Shown here: positions 8,252 through 15,886 of the stretch, piece by piece | Position numbering within the stretch: the stretch's first letter is position 1 | Layout of the letters: each line of letters starts with the position of its first letter | Origin: a virus | Lineage: Duplodnaviria > Caudoviricetes | Length of the DNA: 36,126 bases | Virus record (IMG/VR): IMGVR_UViG_3300033067_001276 | Coordinates: 1 to 36,126 of that record | Reading direction: 5' to 3' (one strand) | The notes under the pieces: model-generated | The model's database searches: none | Seen by the model: only the letters and a program-made list of their open reading frames with translations | What the model was told of the DNA's origin: nothing | Program-made: the position numbers and the translations under genes

Positions 8252-8788
8252 CTACTCAATCGTTACATCCTCCCCCAGCTTCTCGCTGAGCATCTTCTCC
8301 GCTTCTGCCTTTGTGAGAGTGCGAGGAGGGCGAGAGATGAGGGTGAGGTCGCTTGTTTCTTTGGGGCCGAACCACACTTCAGTGTCGTCGCTAAAGCCGA
8401 CTGCGCAACCTCCATTCCCACACACGCCCGTAATGACACCATCTTTTCGTACCTTATCTCCCAAACGAGGCTCATATGGTTTATTTAACCCGCTGATAGC
8501 CCAGCCGTTGCCACCTTTGGACTGGCCGTCGATCCATCGCTTCTCGTTCTCATCCTCCTCTTCGAGATAGGCGAGGTTATCAAGCGGCATCCAATTACTC
8601 ATTCCGTCATGAATGCGACGAACTATGGGCATTGCATCATATTCATCACATGCTATTGTTATTACGTCTTCTTCCACAAAAGGGCCAAAACTTTTCACCA
8701 CCACGAACTTCCTGCTCGTATCTATCCCAAGTTCCGTTATCGTCTTCCCTGCTGGAAAGGTTTTGCCGATGTATTTAGAGAGGTTCAT
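8252..8788 (-). CDS. Hypothetical protein with C-terminal LTKAEAEKML...VTIE motif
   Basis: ATG ORF; C-terminus resembles that of 8961..9398. Confidence 0.7.
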   Translation of the reverse strand: MNLSKYIGKTFPAGKTITELGIDTSRKFVVVKSFGPFVEEDVITIACDEYDAMPIVRRIHDGMSNWMPLDNLAYLEEEDENEKRWIDGQSKGGNGWAISGLNKPYEPRLGDKVRKDGVITGVCGNGGCAVGFSDDTEVWFGPKETSDLTLISRPPRTLTKAEAEKMLSEKLGEDVTIE

Positions 8789-8964
8789 ACCTTCTCATGC
8801 AAGATAGCGAATAATTCCGTCAGCTCGGCGTGGATAGCGCGGGCTGTCTCAAGGGAGCAGAATATCGAATCACCGTCGTTTATTTCCATGAGCCTGTCCT
8901 CGTCTTCTTCACTATCGTAGTTGATGTATTCTCCTTTGATGTTCACATACTTCGTGAGGCTCAT
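8785..8964 (-). CDS. Hypothetical acidic protein (59 aa, MSLTKYVNIKGEY...)
   Basis: Translated by hand; ATGA overlaps at both ends fill the gap exactly. Confidence 0.65.
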   Translation of the reverse strand: MSLTKYVNIKGEYINYDSEEDEDRLMEINDGDSIFCSLETARAIHAELTELFAILHEKV

Positions 8965-9398
8965 ACAATCTTCACCTGCTTACCGTCCTTACTTAGCTCT
9001 CTCTCGGCTTCCTCGCGCGTCATGATGACGGGTTGAGGGGCTTGCTTGACGGTGTAGCCGTTTACTTTTAGGTATTTGCGTGTAGCTGGGAAGGTGTATT
9101 GACTTTGGCTGCTAGACACGAATAGGACAACCCCATTCTGCGCCTTGTCTTCAATAGTGTATTCAACACCGTGCTTCCCCACTATCTCCAACACATCACC
9201 CACGTCTACCGTGTCGAGGGTCTTCTCTTCGAGGAGTTCAAGGGAGCCTTCCGAATCGTCAAAGTATCCGAAAGTATCATCACCAGTCCAAAACGTTTCA
9301 TCATCTACGCTTGTAACCTTCTTCAAATCTCCGTCCTCTCTCACCGTGTCGCCGACTTTGATTTTCCCCTTGAGCTGGGGGTATGTGTAGATGGGCAT
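8961..9398 (-). CDS. Hypothetical protein with C-terminal MTREEAERELS...VKIV motif
   Basis: ATG at 9398 lies 1 nt after the upstream stop. Confidence 0.7.
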   Translation of the reverse strand: MPIYTYPQLKGKIKVGDTVREDGDLKKVTSVDDETFWTGDDTFGYFDDSEGSLELLEEKTLDTVDVGDVLEIVGKHGVEYTIEDKAQNGVVLFVSSSQSQYTFPATRKYLKVNGYTVKQAPQPVIMTREEAERELSKDGKQVKIV

Positions 9399-9399
9399 A

Positions 9400-9780
9400 T
9401 TAGGAAAACTCAATGGGTAGAATAATATTGTCAGGCTTATCGTAATCCACGAAGCACGAGCGCATCTCTTCTGCGGTGAATCCCGCGATACCACACCCTA
9501 CCTTGGTTACGAGGAACGTCTTATCTGGATGAGCAAGCGCGCACTCGTAGAGATTCATCACGCTATCGCGGATCTGTGGCAACGTACGAGGCGAGAAGTC
9601 TTTATTCAGCGTAGGGAAGGCGTAAGACTGGCCAGATAGCCCTTCTCCTACGCCCATTGCTAGGCCGAAGCGTTCAAACGCGTGGCGTGCTGCACCGCCT
9701 AGGTGAGCGCCAGCCATGTTTGTACCAACCACAATGATCTCGTTTTGCCCTAGGCTTTCGATTTTTTCTTGGGTGTACAT
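9400..9780 (-). CDS. Macro-domain-like phage protein (A1S_2505-like family)
   Basis: VVGTNMAGAHLGGAA..A...FG...G.GEG..GQSYAFPT and FLVTKVGCGIAG motifs. Confidence 0.7.
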   Translation of the reverse strand: MYTQEKIESLGQNEIIVVGTNMAGAHLGGAARHAFERFGLAMGVGEGLSGQSYAFPTLNKDFSPRTLPQIRDSVMNLYECALAHPDKTFLVTKVGCGIAGFTAEEMRSCFVDYDKPDNIILPIEFS

Positions 9781-10370
9781 ACTTCAGTGAGTTCTGGGAT
9801 ACGAGACTGGAGATAAGCTTCTATTTTATCGAGGGCGGCGGCATCGGCGGCACGGGCGGCGGCATAGGCGGCGGCATCGGCGGCACGGGCGGCGGCACGG
9901 GCGGCGGCACGGGCGGCGGCATCGGCGGCATCGGCGGCGGCACGGGCGGCGGCACGGGCGGCGGCTTTATTTGCTTCCGACGGGTCGTTGAGCCATGTTT
10001 TTGCCGCGTTTATCGCCTCTCGTGGTCGTGAGTCTTGTGGGTATTGCTTTTCGTAGATTCCAATCACCGTTTCTGCGGAGAAAATAGCAAGCTTCACAGA
10101 TTCCTCGTTTGTCCACTCATAGGCTTTGATAATACGCATCTCCGTCCATGCCTGCTTGTCATCCTGCGCGTCACATTCTCCGCGTACTTCTACCACCGCG
10201 AGTATCTCACCTTTAACATAGGCTAGCGCGTCTAGAATCTTCTCGCTTGCGTGGAATCCAGTGCTACATGCCTCGGCCCTATCTTCTTTTTTCCATTTTC
10301 CAACTGTCCATTTGCATTTACCGTATTCTGACTTGAGCCCTGTCCGTAAGAACTTGTAAAGGGTTGGCAT
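9750..10370 (-). CDS. Phage protein with CSTGFHAS domain, Imm5-like segment and Ala-rich repeat
   Basis: YKFL..CSTGFHAS N-terminus; AE.VI..YE..YP.D.RPR.AI.AA..W segment; AARA/AADA repeats. Confidence 0.7.
   Translation of the reverse strand: MPTLYKFLRTGLKSEYGKCKWTVGKWKKEDRAEACSTGFHASEKILDALAYVKGEILAVVEVRGECDAQDDKQAWTEMRIIKAYEWTNEESVKLAIFSAETVIGIYEKQYPQDSRPREAINAAKTWLNDPSEANKAAARAAARAAADAADAAARAAARAAARAADAAAYAAARAADAAALDKIEAYLQSRIPELTEVCTPKKKSKA
9833..9965 (-). repeat. In-frame 9-12 bp GC-rich tandem repeat (GCC GCC GCC CGT/GAT/TAT)
   Basis: Seen directly; encodes AARAAARAAADAADAAARA... Confidence 0.9.
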
Positions 10371-10384
10371 ATGAGTGTATAGAA

Positions 10385-10407
10385 ACAGGGGAGGGGTACT
10401 CCCCTGT
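10385..10407 (-). terminator. Hairpin, possible terminator or processing site
   Basis: ACAGGGGA-7nt-TCCCCTGT followed by TTCT on the minus strand. Confidence 0.5.
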
Positions 10408-10412
10408 GTGGG

Positions 10413-10577
10413 TTACTTCAGTTTTCTTAGCGTTGTGAGGACGCTTCGTACAAAATGGATAGCTTGCTTTGCGTTCGTGAGCTGCTCTTCTGCCGTGGTC
10501 TTCTTGAGACGGGAGATGCGGTCAATTCGTGCGCCTGCTTCGATGAGTGAGAGGACCGTAGCTTTTTTGATTTGCAT
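10413..10577 (-). CDS. Hypothetical basic protein (54 aa, MQIKKATVLSLIEAG...)
   Basis: Translated by hand; ATG after an AT-rich leader. Confidence 0.55.
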   Translation of the reverse strand: MQIKKATVLSLIEAGARIDRISRLKKTTAEEQLTNAKQAIHFVRSVLTTLRKLK

Positions 10578-10734
10578 AAAGTTATGTAAGGAACAGATGA
10601 ATAGATGAGCCTAATGTGTACACCGCGAAACCGTCGTCGTGGTCGCATGGCATGAGGTACTGCCCAATGAGATGCGCCACCCATAGACGAGAAACGAAGT
10701 GTGGAGGGTTAGTAGGTAAGATTTACATCTATTG

Positions 10735-10863
10735 CTAGTTGCTTTCTCCCTCGGCGGGAATGCAATGCTCACCGCATTTCATGCAAATATCTATGAGGTA
10801 GATACCAGCGTCGCAACAGTTAGATGTGCCAATTGCTGGCATGAGACCGTAAGGGAAGGTCAT
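10735..10863 (-). CDS. Small Cys-rich Zn-binding protein (42 aa)
   Basis: Hand translation MTFPYGLMPAIGTSNCCDAGIYLIDICMKCGEHCIPAEGESN; ATGA overlap. Confidence 0.65.
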   Translation of the reverse strand: MTFPYGLMPAIGTSNCCDAGIYLIDICMKCGEHCIPAEGESN

Positions 10864-11012
10864 AGAACCAATCCAACCAAGAATCCGAGTGATAAACCGA
10901 CGATAATGCACACTATTGTAACGGCAAAGAGGTGTTTATCTGTTCTGTATATGTCTATTAAGACATAAAGAAAAATAAGAATAAGCACCAAAGCCCATAC
11001 GGCATAAAACAT
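10860..11012 (-). CDS. Small two-TM membrane protein (50 aa, MFYAVWALVLIL...)
   Basis: Translated by hand; two hydrophobic stretches; tiles between neighbours. Confidence 0.6.
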   Translation of the reverse strand: MFYAVWALVLILIFLYVLIDIYRTDKHLFAVTIVCIIVGLSLGFLVGLVL

Positions 11013-11014
11013 AC

Positions 11015-11329
11015 TTAGAGGTTCTTAAAATCGGTTAGGCATAGACTCCAAGCTTCGTCTAAGATAGACTTGGCTTTCGCTTCAAAGTTATCGTCGTATA
11101 CAACCGCTCGTAGTTTGCGCTTGGCATTGCTTAGCCATTCGCTTTTCAATCCGTCAACACGAAGGTTCACCGCCGTTTCGATTTGGGACCATCTTTTTTC
11201 TGCGAGAGTTTTGCGTTCAGCAACGTATTCAGTTTGAACTTTAACTGCAACTTTGTCGGTTATGTCTCGTTCTGCGATTGCTTCGTCTTCGCCAAACTTA
11301 GAAGGAAGCACATCTTTAAAGTCTCGCAT
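11015..11329 (-). CDS. Hypothetical protein
   Basis: ATG ORF tiling the operon. Confidence 0.7.
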   Translation of the reverse strand: MRDFKDVLPSKFGEDEAIAERDITDKVAVKVQTEYVAERKTLAEKRWSQIETAVNLRVDGLKSEWLSNAKRKLRAVVYDDNFEAKAKSILDEAWSLCLTDFKNL

Positions 11330-11330
11330 A

Positions 11331-11510
11331 TTAGATTGTGTTGCGAACTTGATTTAATTGCTCGGTTACCAACGCAATCTGTTTGCGAATGTGCCCGCAT
11401 TGGTTTGCGTCTAAAGACTTACAAATGGCGATACCCCATTCGATGTATTCGTCAATTTGTTGCATTTGGCTTGTGATTGATTCTAGTGTTTGAATTGCGT
11501 TGGTATTCAT
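11331..11510 (-). CDS. Hypothetical protein (59 aa, MNTNAIQ...)
   Basis: ATG at 11510 lies downstream of promoter 11550..11578. Confidence 0.6.
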   Translation of the reverse strand: MNTNAIQTLESITSQMQQIDEYIEWGIAICKSLDANQCGHIRKQIALVTEQLNQVRNTI

Positions 11511-11549
11511 ATTGTGTAGATTATGAGAGGTTCTTTCCTCTCTTGGTAT

Positions 11550-11578
11550 ATTGTGCCACACTTGACGCCAAGTGTCAA
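11550..11578 (-). promoter_or_regulatory. Promoter TTGACA-17-CACAAT with embedded palindrome ACACTTG-GCGT-CAAGTGT
   Basis: 26 bp identical (inverted) to 12797..12822. Confidence 0.8.
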
Positions 11579-11778
11579 GTGCCTAGCTTGGCAAGCTTTC
11601 TTGCACGTTTCGTTGCGGTTCCACGGCGTTGCATCTCACGGAAGGCATCAGCCCCACGTTTAGCGGCTACCGCCTTCATTTTTGCGCTCCGTTCTTCTGG
11701 AGTTGTGTTGGCCAGACGAGCAAGCGTAGCTCGTCGTTGCATCTCACGGGCAGTTAATTCTTGTTTTGGTTCGTTCAT
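11575..11778 (-). CDS. Small basic protein with duplicated REMQRR motif
   Basis: 67 aa, Arg/Lys/Ala-rich; stop codon lies inside the downstream promoter. Confidence 0.65.
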   Translation of the reverse strand: MNEPKQELTAREMQRRATLARLANTTPEERSAKMKAVAAKRGADAFREMQRRGTATKRARKLAKLGT

Positions 11779-11781
11779 AGG

Positions 11782-12000
11782 TTAGAAGATTGATTCCGCC
11801 TCTTGCCATGCTTGCCGTAGTACAGCGTTGATGCGTTCCGCTTCACGCTCTGTGATTGGTTCGCCGTCTTTCGCCGTGGTAAAGTTACTCATCCAATCTT
11901 GCCAGCCTAGCTCACCTTCGAAGCAAGAATAAGATTCACGGCGTGTTTGGTACGATTCAGCGAGTTGAACAAGTTGGCGGTAAGGAATAAGAGGATTCAT
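11782..12000 (-). CDS. Hypothetical protein (72 aa, MNPLIPYRQ...)
   Basis: ATG at 12000, downstream of promoter 12112..12140 and its leader. Confidence 0.65.
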   Translation of the reverse strand: MNPLIPYRQLVQLAESYQTRRESYSCFEGELGWQDWMSNFTTAKDGEPITEREAERINAVLRQAWQEAESIF

Positions 12001-12111
12001 ATCGTGTGTAAGTAATATTGAGTAGGCATTGCGGAGGGGTCGAGGTATCAGCCGTAGCCAATGTGTCGTACCCCTCGGGGGGTGGAAGCGGTCTTGCCGT
12101 TCCATATTCCT

Positions 12112-12140
12112 ATTGTGCCACACCTTGCGCTAAGTGTCAA
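12112..12140 (-). promoter_or_regulatory. Promoter TTGACA-17-CACAAT, variant copy with imperfect palindrome
   Basis: Reverse complement reads TTGACA cttagcgcaaggtgtgg CACAAT. Confidence 0.75.
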
Positions 12141-12147
12141 GTGATAC

Positions 12148-12156
12148 TGTGGATAA
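12148..12156 (-). promoter_or_regulatory. Consensus DnaA box (TTATCCACA)
   Basis: TGTGGATAA on the + strand, in the non-coding divergence region. Confidence 0.55.
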
Positions 12157-12231
12157 CTTTTTGCGCCACGTGTGGTTGTCTCAAGCATTGCATTAGATTT
12201 TGGTACAATAAGGCTATAATTTGGCTATGTT

Positions 12232-12260
12232 TTGCTTTTTTTGCAAAAATAGTGTATACT
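12232..12260 (+). promoter_or_regulatory. Promoter TTGCTT-17-TATACT
   Basis: Exact 17-nt spacing; further -10-like boxes (TGGTACAAT, TATAAT) just upstream. Confidence 0.6.
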
Positions 12261-12266
12261 TGGGGC

Positions 12267-12690
12267 ATGAACATCTTTCAAAGGTGGACATCAGCAGATT
12301 CTCGTGTCATACTGGCTAAAGGAGCAATCCTCTTGCCAGTTATTGGCATGACAATTTGTTGGACCACCTTTGACCAAAGAGCCTGACGCAAGTCAGGTCT
12401 TTTTGGTTGTTCTCCCTAGGGGTCGAGCAATACAGTGCTTGGGCGAGGAGGGAAGAATCTCGCAATCAAATCTGTATCCAACCTTCCTGTCCCATTAGGC
12501 AAGAAGCCGTAGAAAGCTAAGTGGCACGACCATAGATGATGAATCTATGCCTGATGTATCTTCCTCGTGTCTATATGACCAGCAAGACATCATGACTTTG
12601 GTTGCCAGCCTTCTCCCATACAAGGGATAAAGAGGGTGCTTCAGTCCTTTAACCACCATCCATCTATCTGGGGGGGGGTAGGGGGGGGTT
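12267..12690 (+). ncRNA. Structured RNA ending in G9-TA-G8; candidate replication primer RNA
   Basis: Nested hairpin 12278..12373 and hairpin 12373..12407, both capped by GCAA tetraloops; further stems; G-tract at 12670..12688. Confidence 0.55.
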
Positions 12691-12797
12691 TACCCAATCC
12701 TAACCTGAACCCTTAAGCATATACCGCTTACAGGCCGTTTTACCCCCTTGCTTGTGTGGTGAGCAAGCTCCCCGTTATCTACTTCAATCACCACCTC

Positions 12798-12826
12798 TTG
12801 ACACTTGGCGTCAAGTGTGGCATAAT
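12798..12826 (+). promoter_or_regulatory. Rightward early promoter TTGACA-17-CATAAT with palindrome
   Basis: TTGACA cttggcgtcaagtgtgg CATAAT. Confidence 0.8.
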
Positions 12827-12932
12827 ATGAGTAAGGAAGGCAAAAAGACCTTCCACCCACTCCGACGGTACGCAAAGCGGTTACGACTGCTTCACGGCTG
12901 ACGGCGCAATCATTACTACTTCACTACATGAT

Positions 12933-13055
12933 ATGACCGTTCAATCTTTGCCAAATGGATATACAAGGTTTATTTTCAAGGGCGTAACACTCAATTTGCC
13001 AGTAACTGACCAAGAATCGATTGATGAGATTGTTACACGCCTTTCTGGTGTTTAA
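12933..13055 (+). CDS. Small hypothetical protein (40 aa, MTVQSLPNGYTRF...)
   Basis: Translated by hand; ends 1 nt before the next ATG. Confidence 0.55.
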   Translation: MTVQSLPNGYTRFIFKGVTLNLPVTDQESIDEIVTRLSGV

Positions 13056-13056
13056 T

Positions 13057-13773
13057 ATGAACAGCTACGAGGCACGCTTGCAGGCACGAAAAGAACGCTT
13101 GCAAAAACTAGCAGAAAAGACGGCAAAAAAAGCTGATGAATCTTACACTAGAGGTCGTGAAATCCTTGACTTAATCCCCCTTGGTCAGCCAATTCTTGTT
13201 GACCATTACAGCGCAAGAGCTTTCAGGGCTAAAAAAGAAAAAGCGATTAAATCCGTAGAAAAAGGCTTTGCTCTGCAAAAGCAAGCAAAAGCCTACAAAG
13301 AGCGAGCAGAAGGCGTAGGAACTGGCGGTGTTTCACAAGATGACCCTGACGCAATCGTCAAGCTAAAAGAAAAACTTGTTAAGCTCGAAGAAGAGCGGGA
13401 AGCCATGAAAAGCCTTAACAAAAAAGCCCGAGCAAATAGTGAAGAAAAGTTGCCGTCTTTCTATCTTGGCAATATTGGGGCAAATATCCGTTCTACGCAA
13501 AAACGTATCGCCTTATTGGAAAAGATGGCACAGCGTACAGAACAACCTGATATTCACGGTAACGGGTACACTTTCCGTGAATCCGTAGAAGATAACCGCT
13601 TGCAGTTTATTTTTACAGGCAAGCCAAGCGAAGAAACCCGAGCGACGCTTAAAAAATATGGATACAGGTGGTCGCCCACAAACGGGGCTTGGCAAGCATA
13701 CCGCTCACCTAATGGGCGTTACGGGGCAAGGCACATAATCGCCTATCTTGACACAATCGGCGCAAAGTGTTAA
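13057..13773 (+). CDS. DUF3560 domain protein
   Basis: YEAR..AR.ER, IPLGQPILVDHYS, SQDDPDAIVKL, NRLQFIF.GKP and KKYGYRWSP..GAWQ motifs. Confidence 0.85.
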   Translation: MNSYEARLQARKERLQKLAEKTAKKADESYTRGREILDLIPLGQPILVDHYSARAFRAKKEKAIKSVEKGFALQKQAKAYKERAEGVGTGGVSQDDPDAIVKLKEKLVKLEEEREAMKSLNKKARANSEEKLPSFYLGNIGANIRSTQKRIALLEKMAQRTEQPDIHGNGYTFRESVEDNRLQFIFTGKPSEETRATLKKYGYRWSPTNGAWQAYRSPNGRYGARHIIAYLDTIGAKC

Positions 13774-13776
13774 AAT
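13748..13776 (+). promoter_or_regulatory. Promoter TTGACA-17-TAAAAT upstream of bet
   Basis: TTGACA caatcggcgcaaagtgt TAAAAT; retains the ACAC...GTGT ends. Confidence 0.7.
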
Positions 13777-13808
13777 ATACACGGGAATTAACCCACGCAT
13801 TACACAAT

Positions 13809-14588
13809 ATGAACGAGCAAACACCGTTTACACCCGAGCAAATCACGATACTTCGCAATACTGTTGCCAAAACGGCAACAGATGCCGAACTAGAGTTTTT
13901 TCTTCAAGTGTGCGGACGAACAGGGCTAGACCCTTTCACAAATCAAATCTATTTTTCTAAGCGTAAATCATGGAATAAAACGAAAAATGGATACGACGAA
14001 AACATGGTTATTCAGACGGGTATTGATGGATACCGTACTATCGCTTCCCGAACAGGCGAACACGCAGGAACTGATGACATTGTTTTTTTAACAAAAACAG
14101 GGGAGCAGAACGAAACAGAACCGCACCCCTACAAAGCAACAGCAACTGTATACCGCATGATTCAAGGGCAACGTTGCGTCTTCTCGGCTTCCGCACGTTG
14201 GGACGAATACGCCCAAAAGGGCAAAGACGGCGGTTATTCCAACCTATGGGCTAAGATGCCATATCTCATGCTTGGCAAGTGTGCAGAATCCCTTGCTTTA
14301 CGCAAAGCCTTTCCGTTTGAACTTTCTGGTGTGTATACCAAGGAAGAAATGATGCAGGCAGAAGAGCCAGCTGAAGAAGTCAAAACTCAGCCAGTAACGC
14401 CAGCGACAACGTCGAAAAAAAGCCAAATTGTTAAACTCATGTCTCAATGTGGCTTGCAACCAACAACACCAACAGCAGAAGCATGGAACAATGCCGTTCA
14501 ATCAGCGTTCAACATCGAACTAGTGGAAGAGAACTTCGATACAATTATTGCCATGCTCGAAAAACAACTAACCCCACCAACTACATAA
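13809..14588 (+). CDS. bet: Phage recombination protein Bet (RecT/Red-beta single-strand annealing protein)
   Basis: [34 protein letters not shown] and W.KMP..ML.KCAE..ALRKAFP motifs. Confidence 0.92.
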   Translation: MNEQTPFTPEQITILRNTVAKTATDAELEFFLQVCGRTGLDPFTNQIYFSKRKSWNKTKNGYDENMVIQTGIDGYRTIASRTGEHAGTDDIVFLTKTGEQNETEPHPYKATATVYRMIQGQRCVFSASARWDEYAQKGKDGGYSNLWAKMPYLMLGKCAESLALRKAFPFELSGVYTKEEMMQAEEPAEEVKTQPVTPATTSKKSQIVKLMSQCGLQPTTPTAEAWNNAVQSAFNIELVEENFDTIIAMLEKQLTPPTT

Positions 14589-14589
14589 T

Positions 14590-14811
14590 ATGCACACACC
14601 AATCTCAACAAAAAGTCGCACAACAACGTTTATTCTGGTTTTCCTTGTCGGCGTATTTGGCATTCACCGCTTCTACGTAGGCAAGATTGGCACGGGTCTC
14701 ATTTGGCTCTTTACCTTTGGATGCTTTGGGCTGGGAGCCGTGATTGACTTCTGGCTTATTCTTCTAGGCGGATTTAAAGACAAGGATGGCAATATAATCT
14801 CCCGTTGGTAA
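14590..14811 (+). CDS. TM2-domain membrane protein
   Basis: KSR...[30 protein letters not shown]. Confidence 0.85.
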   Translation: MHTPISTKSRTTTFILVFLVGVFGIHRFYVGKIGTGLIWLFTFGCFGLGAVIDFWLILLGGFKDKDGNIISRW

Positions 14812-15146
14812 TGCACACCACACCTAAGCGTATTTACGAGCTAATAGCCCGTACTAGACCGCCATGCGAACGGCAAGCAGTATTCCATGACCATATATGC
14901 GACGGACGGTCTACTATGGAACACGCTTGGACGTACCAAGGCAGGCAAATAACGGATGCTTGGGCAATTATCCGATTATGCGTGTGGTCTCATCTGGGCA
15001 AAGGGCTAAATAAACGGTTAAATCGCCTCTTAGCCCTACGCCATGCAACAAGTGAGGACTTAGCACCTTACCCCCGCATAAACTGGAACCAAGAGCGTTT
15101 AAAGCTTGAATCCTATGCAAAAAGTCTTTACGGCGAGAATCTTTAA
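14811..15146 (+). CDS. Hypothetical Cys/His protein, possibly a degenerate HNH
   Basis: TAATG coupling; C...C...EH...LC..SH pattern. Confidence 0.55.
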   Translation: MHTTPKRIYELIARTRPPCERQAVFHDHICDGRSTMEHAWTYQGRQITDAWAIIRLCVWSHLGKGLNKRLNRLLALRHATSEDLAPYPRINWNQERLKLESYAKSLYGENL

Positions 15147-15501
15147 TGGGAAGTTGCAATACGAAAACCCAAGTCTTGTTGCGCAACACCTAAAAACGTT
15201 TACACCGCAAGACGTTCTCACGGTAAGGATAGAGAAAAGAAAACGGGATAGAACTTTAGAACAAAACAGCTTATATTGGGCAATCCTAAGCGTTATTGCA
15301 GAAGAAACGGGACACACAGAAAACGAACTTCACGAAATATTCAAAGCTAAGTACCTTCCCCCAAAGTTTGTTGCTTATAACGGGCAAGAGTATATGTTGG
15401 CTCCAAGTACCACAGGATTATCAACCAAAGAGATGACAACGTATATTGACCGCATTATTCTCGAAGCAAACGAATTGAACATTATTATCCCTACTCTATG
15501 A
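15115..15501 (+). CDS. NinB/Orf-like recombination accessory protein
   Basis: RTLEQNSLYW, ELHEIFK and STTGLSTKEM..YID motifs. Confidence 0.7.
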   Translation: MQKVFTARIFNGKLQYENPSLVAQHLKTFTPQDVLTVRIEKRKRDRTLEQNSLYWAILSVIAEETGHTENELHEIFKAKYLPPKFVAYNGQEYMLAPSTTGLSTKEMTTYIDRIILEANELNIIIPTL

Positions 15502-15884
15502 GGAGAGTTTTTACTTGTAGGGTATGCTCAATTCCTATATCTCCGTATAGGACGCATTGCACAAAACATTCTTTTACGCCAGAAAGAATTGAGGCTATCC
15601 GTCGCGGCAGAAGAAAAGTTGTAAAAGAAAAACATCCCATGTGGAAAGGGAATAAAGTTGGTTATAGGGGATTACATCGTTGGGTTACTCAGAATTACGG
15701 GAAGCCTAGCACTTGTGAGAATTGTCTAAAGACCGATTTATTTGGACATTTAATTCACTGGGCAAATGTTAGTGGGAATTATTTACGCGATAGGGAAGAT
15801 TGGGTGCGTTTATGCGCCTCTTGCCACAGTCTTCTTTACAAGAAAACAGGAGCATCCAACAAAATAAGAAAAATACAAAAATAA
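15498..15884 (+). CDS. HNH endonuclease (homing type)
   Basis: HPMWKG..VGY..LH.WV....GKP..CENC...HWAN.SG.Y.RD..DW..LCASCH. Confidence 0.8.
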   Translation: MRRVFTCRVCSIPISPYRTHCTKHSFTPERIEAIRRGRRKVVKEKHPMWKGNKVGYRGLHRWVTQNYGKPSTCENCLKTDLFGHLIHWANVSGNYLRDREDWVRLCASCHSLLYKKTGASNKIRKIQK

Positions 15885-15886
15885 TT

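Noticed and set aside
9833-9965. Possible CRISPR array
   Set aside because: Units are 9-12 bp with no unique spacers and lie in frame in a protein; no cas genes.
10600-10730. Possible structured RNA in an intergenic gap
   Set aside because: Only one interrupted stem (GTGG-CGCAT/ATGCG-A-CCAC) and no clear promoter; too weak to call.
12018-12386. 122-aa ORF, or a 39-aa leaderless ORF from 12267
   Set aside because: It crosses promoters and the DnaA box, and the 3' part is better explained by nested RNA stems. A short leader peptide cannot be fully excluded.
12520-12600. Hammerhead ribozyme near CTGATG
   Set aside because: The CUGAUGA and GAAA cores are not present in the required arrangement.
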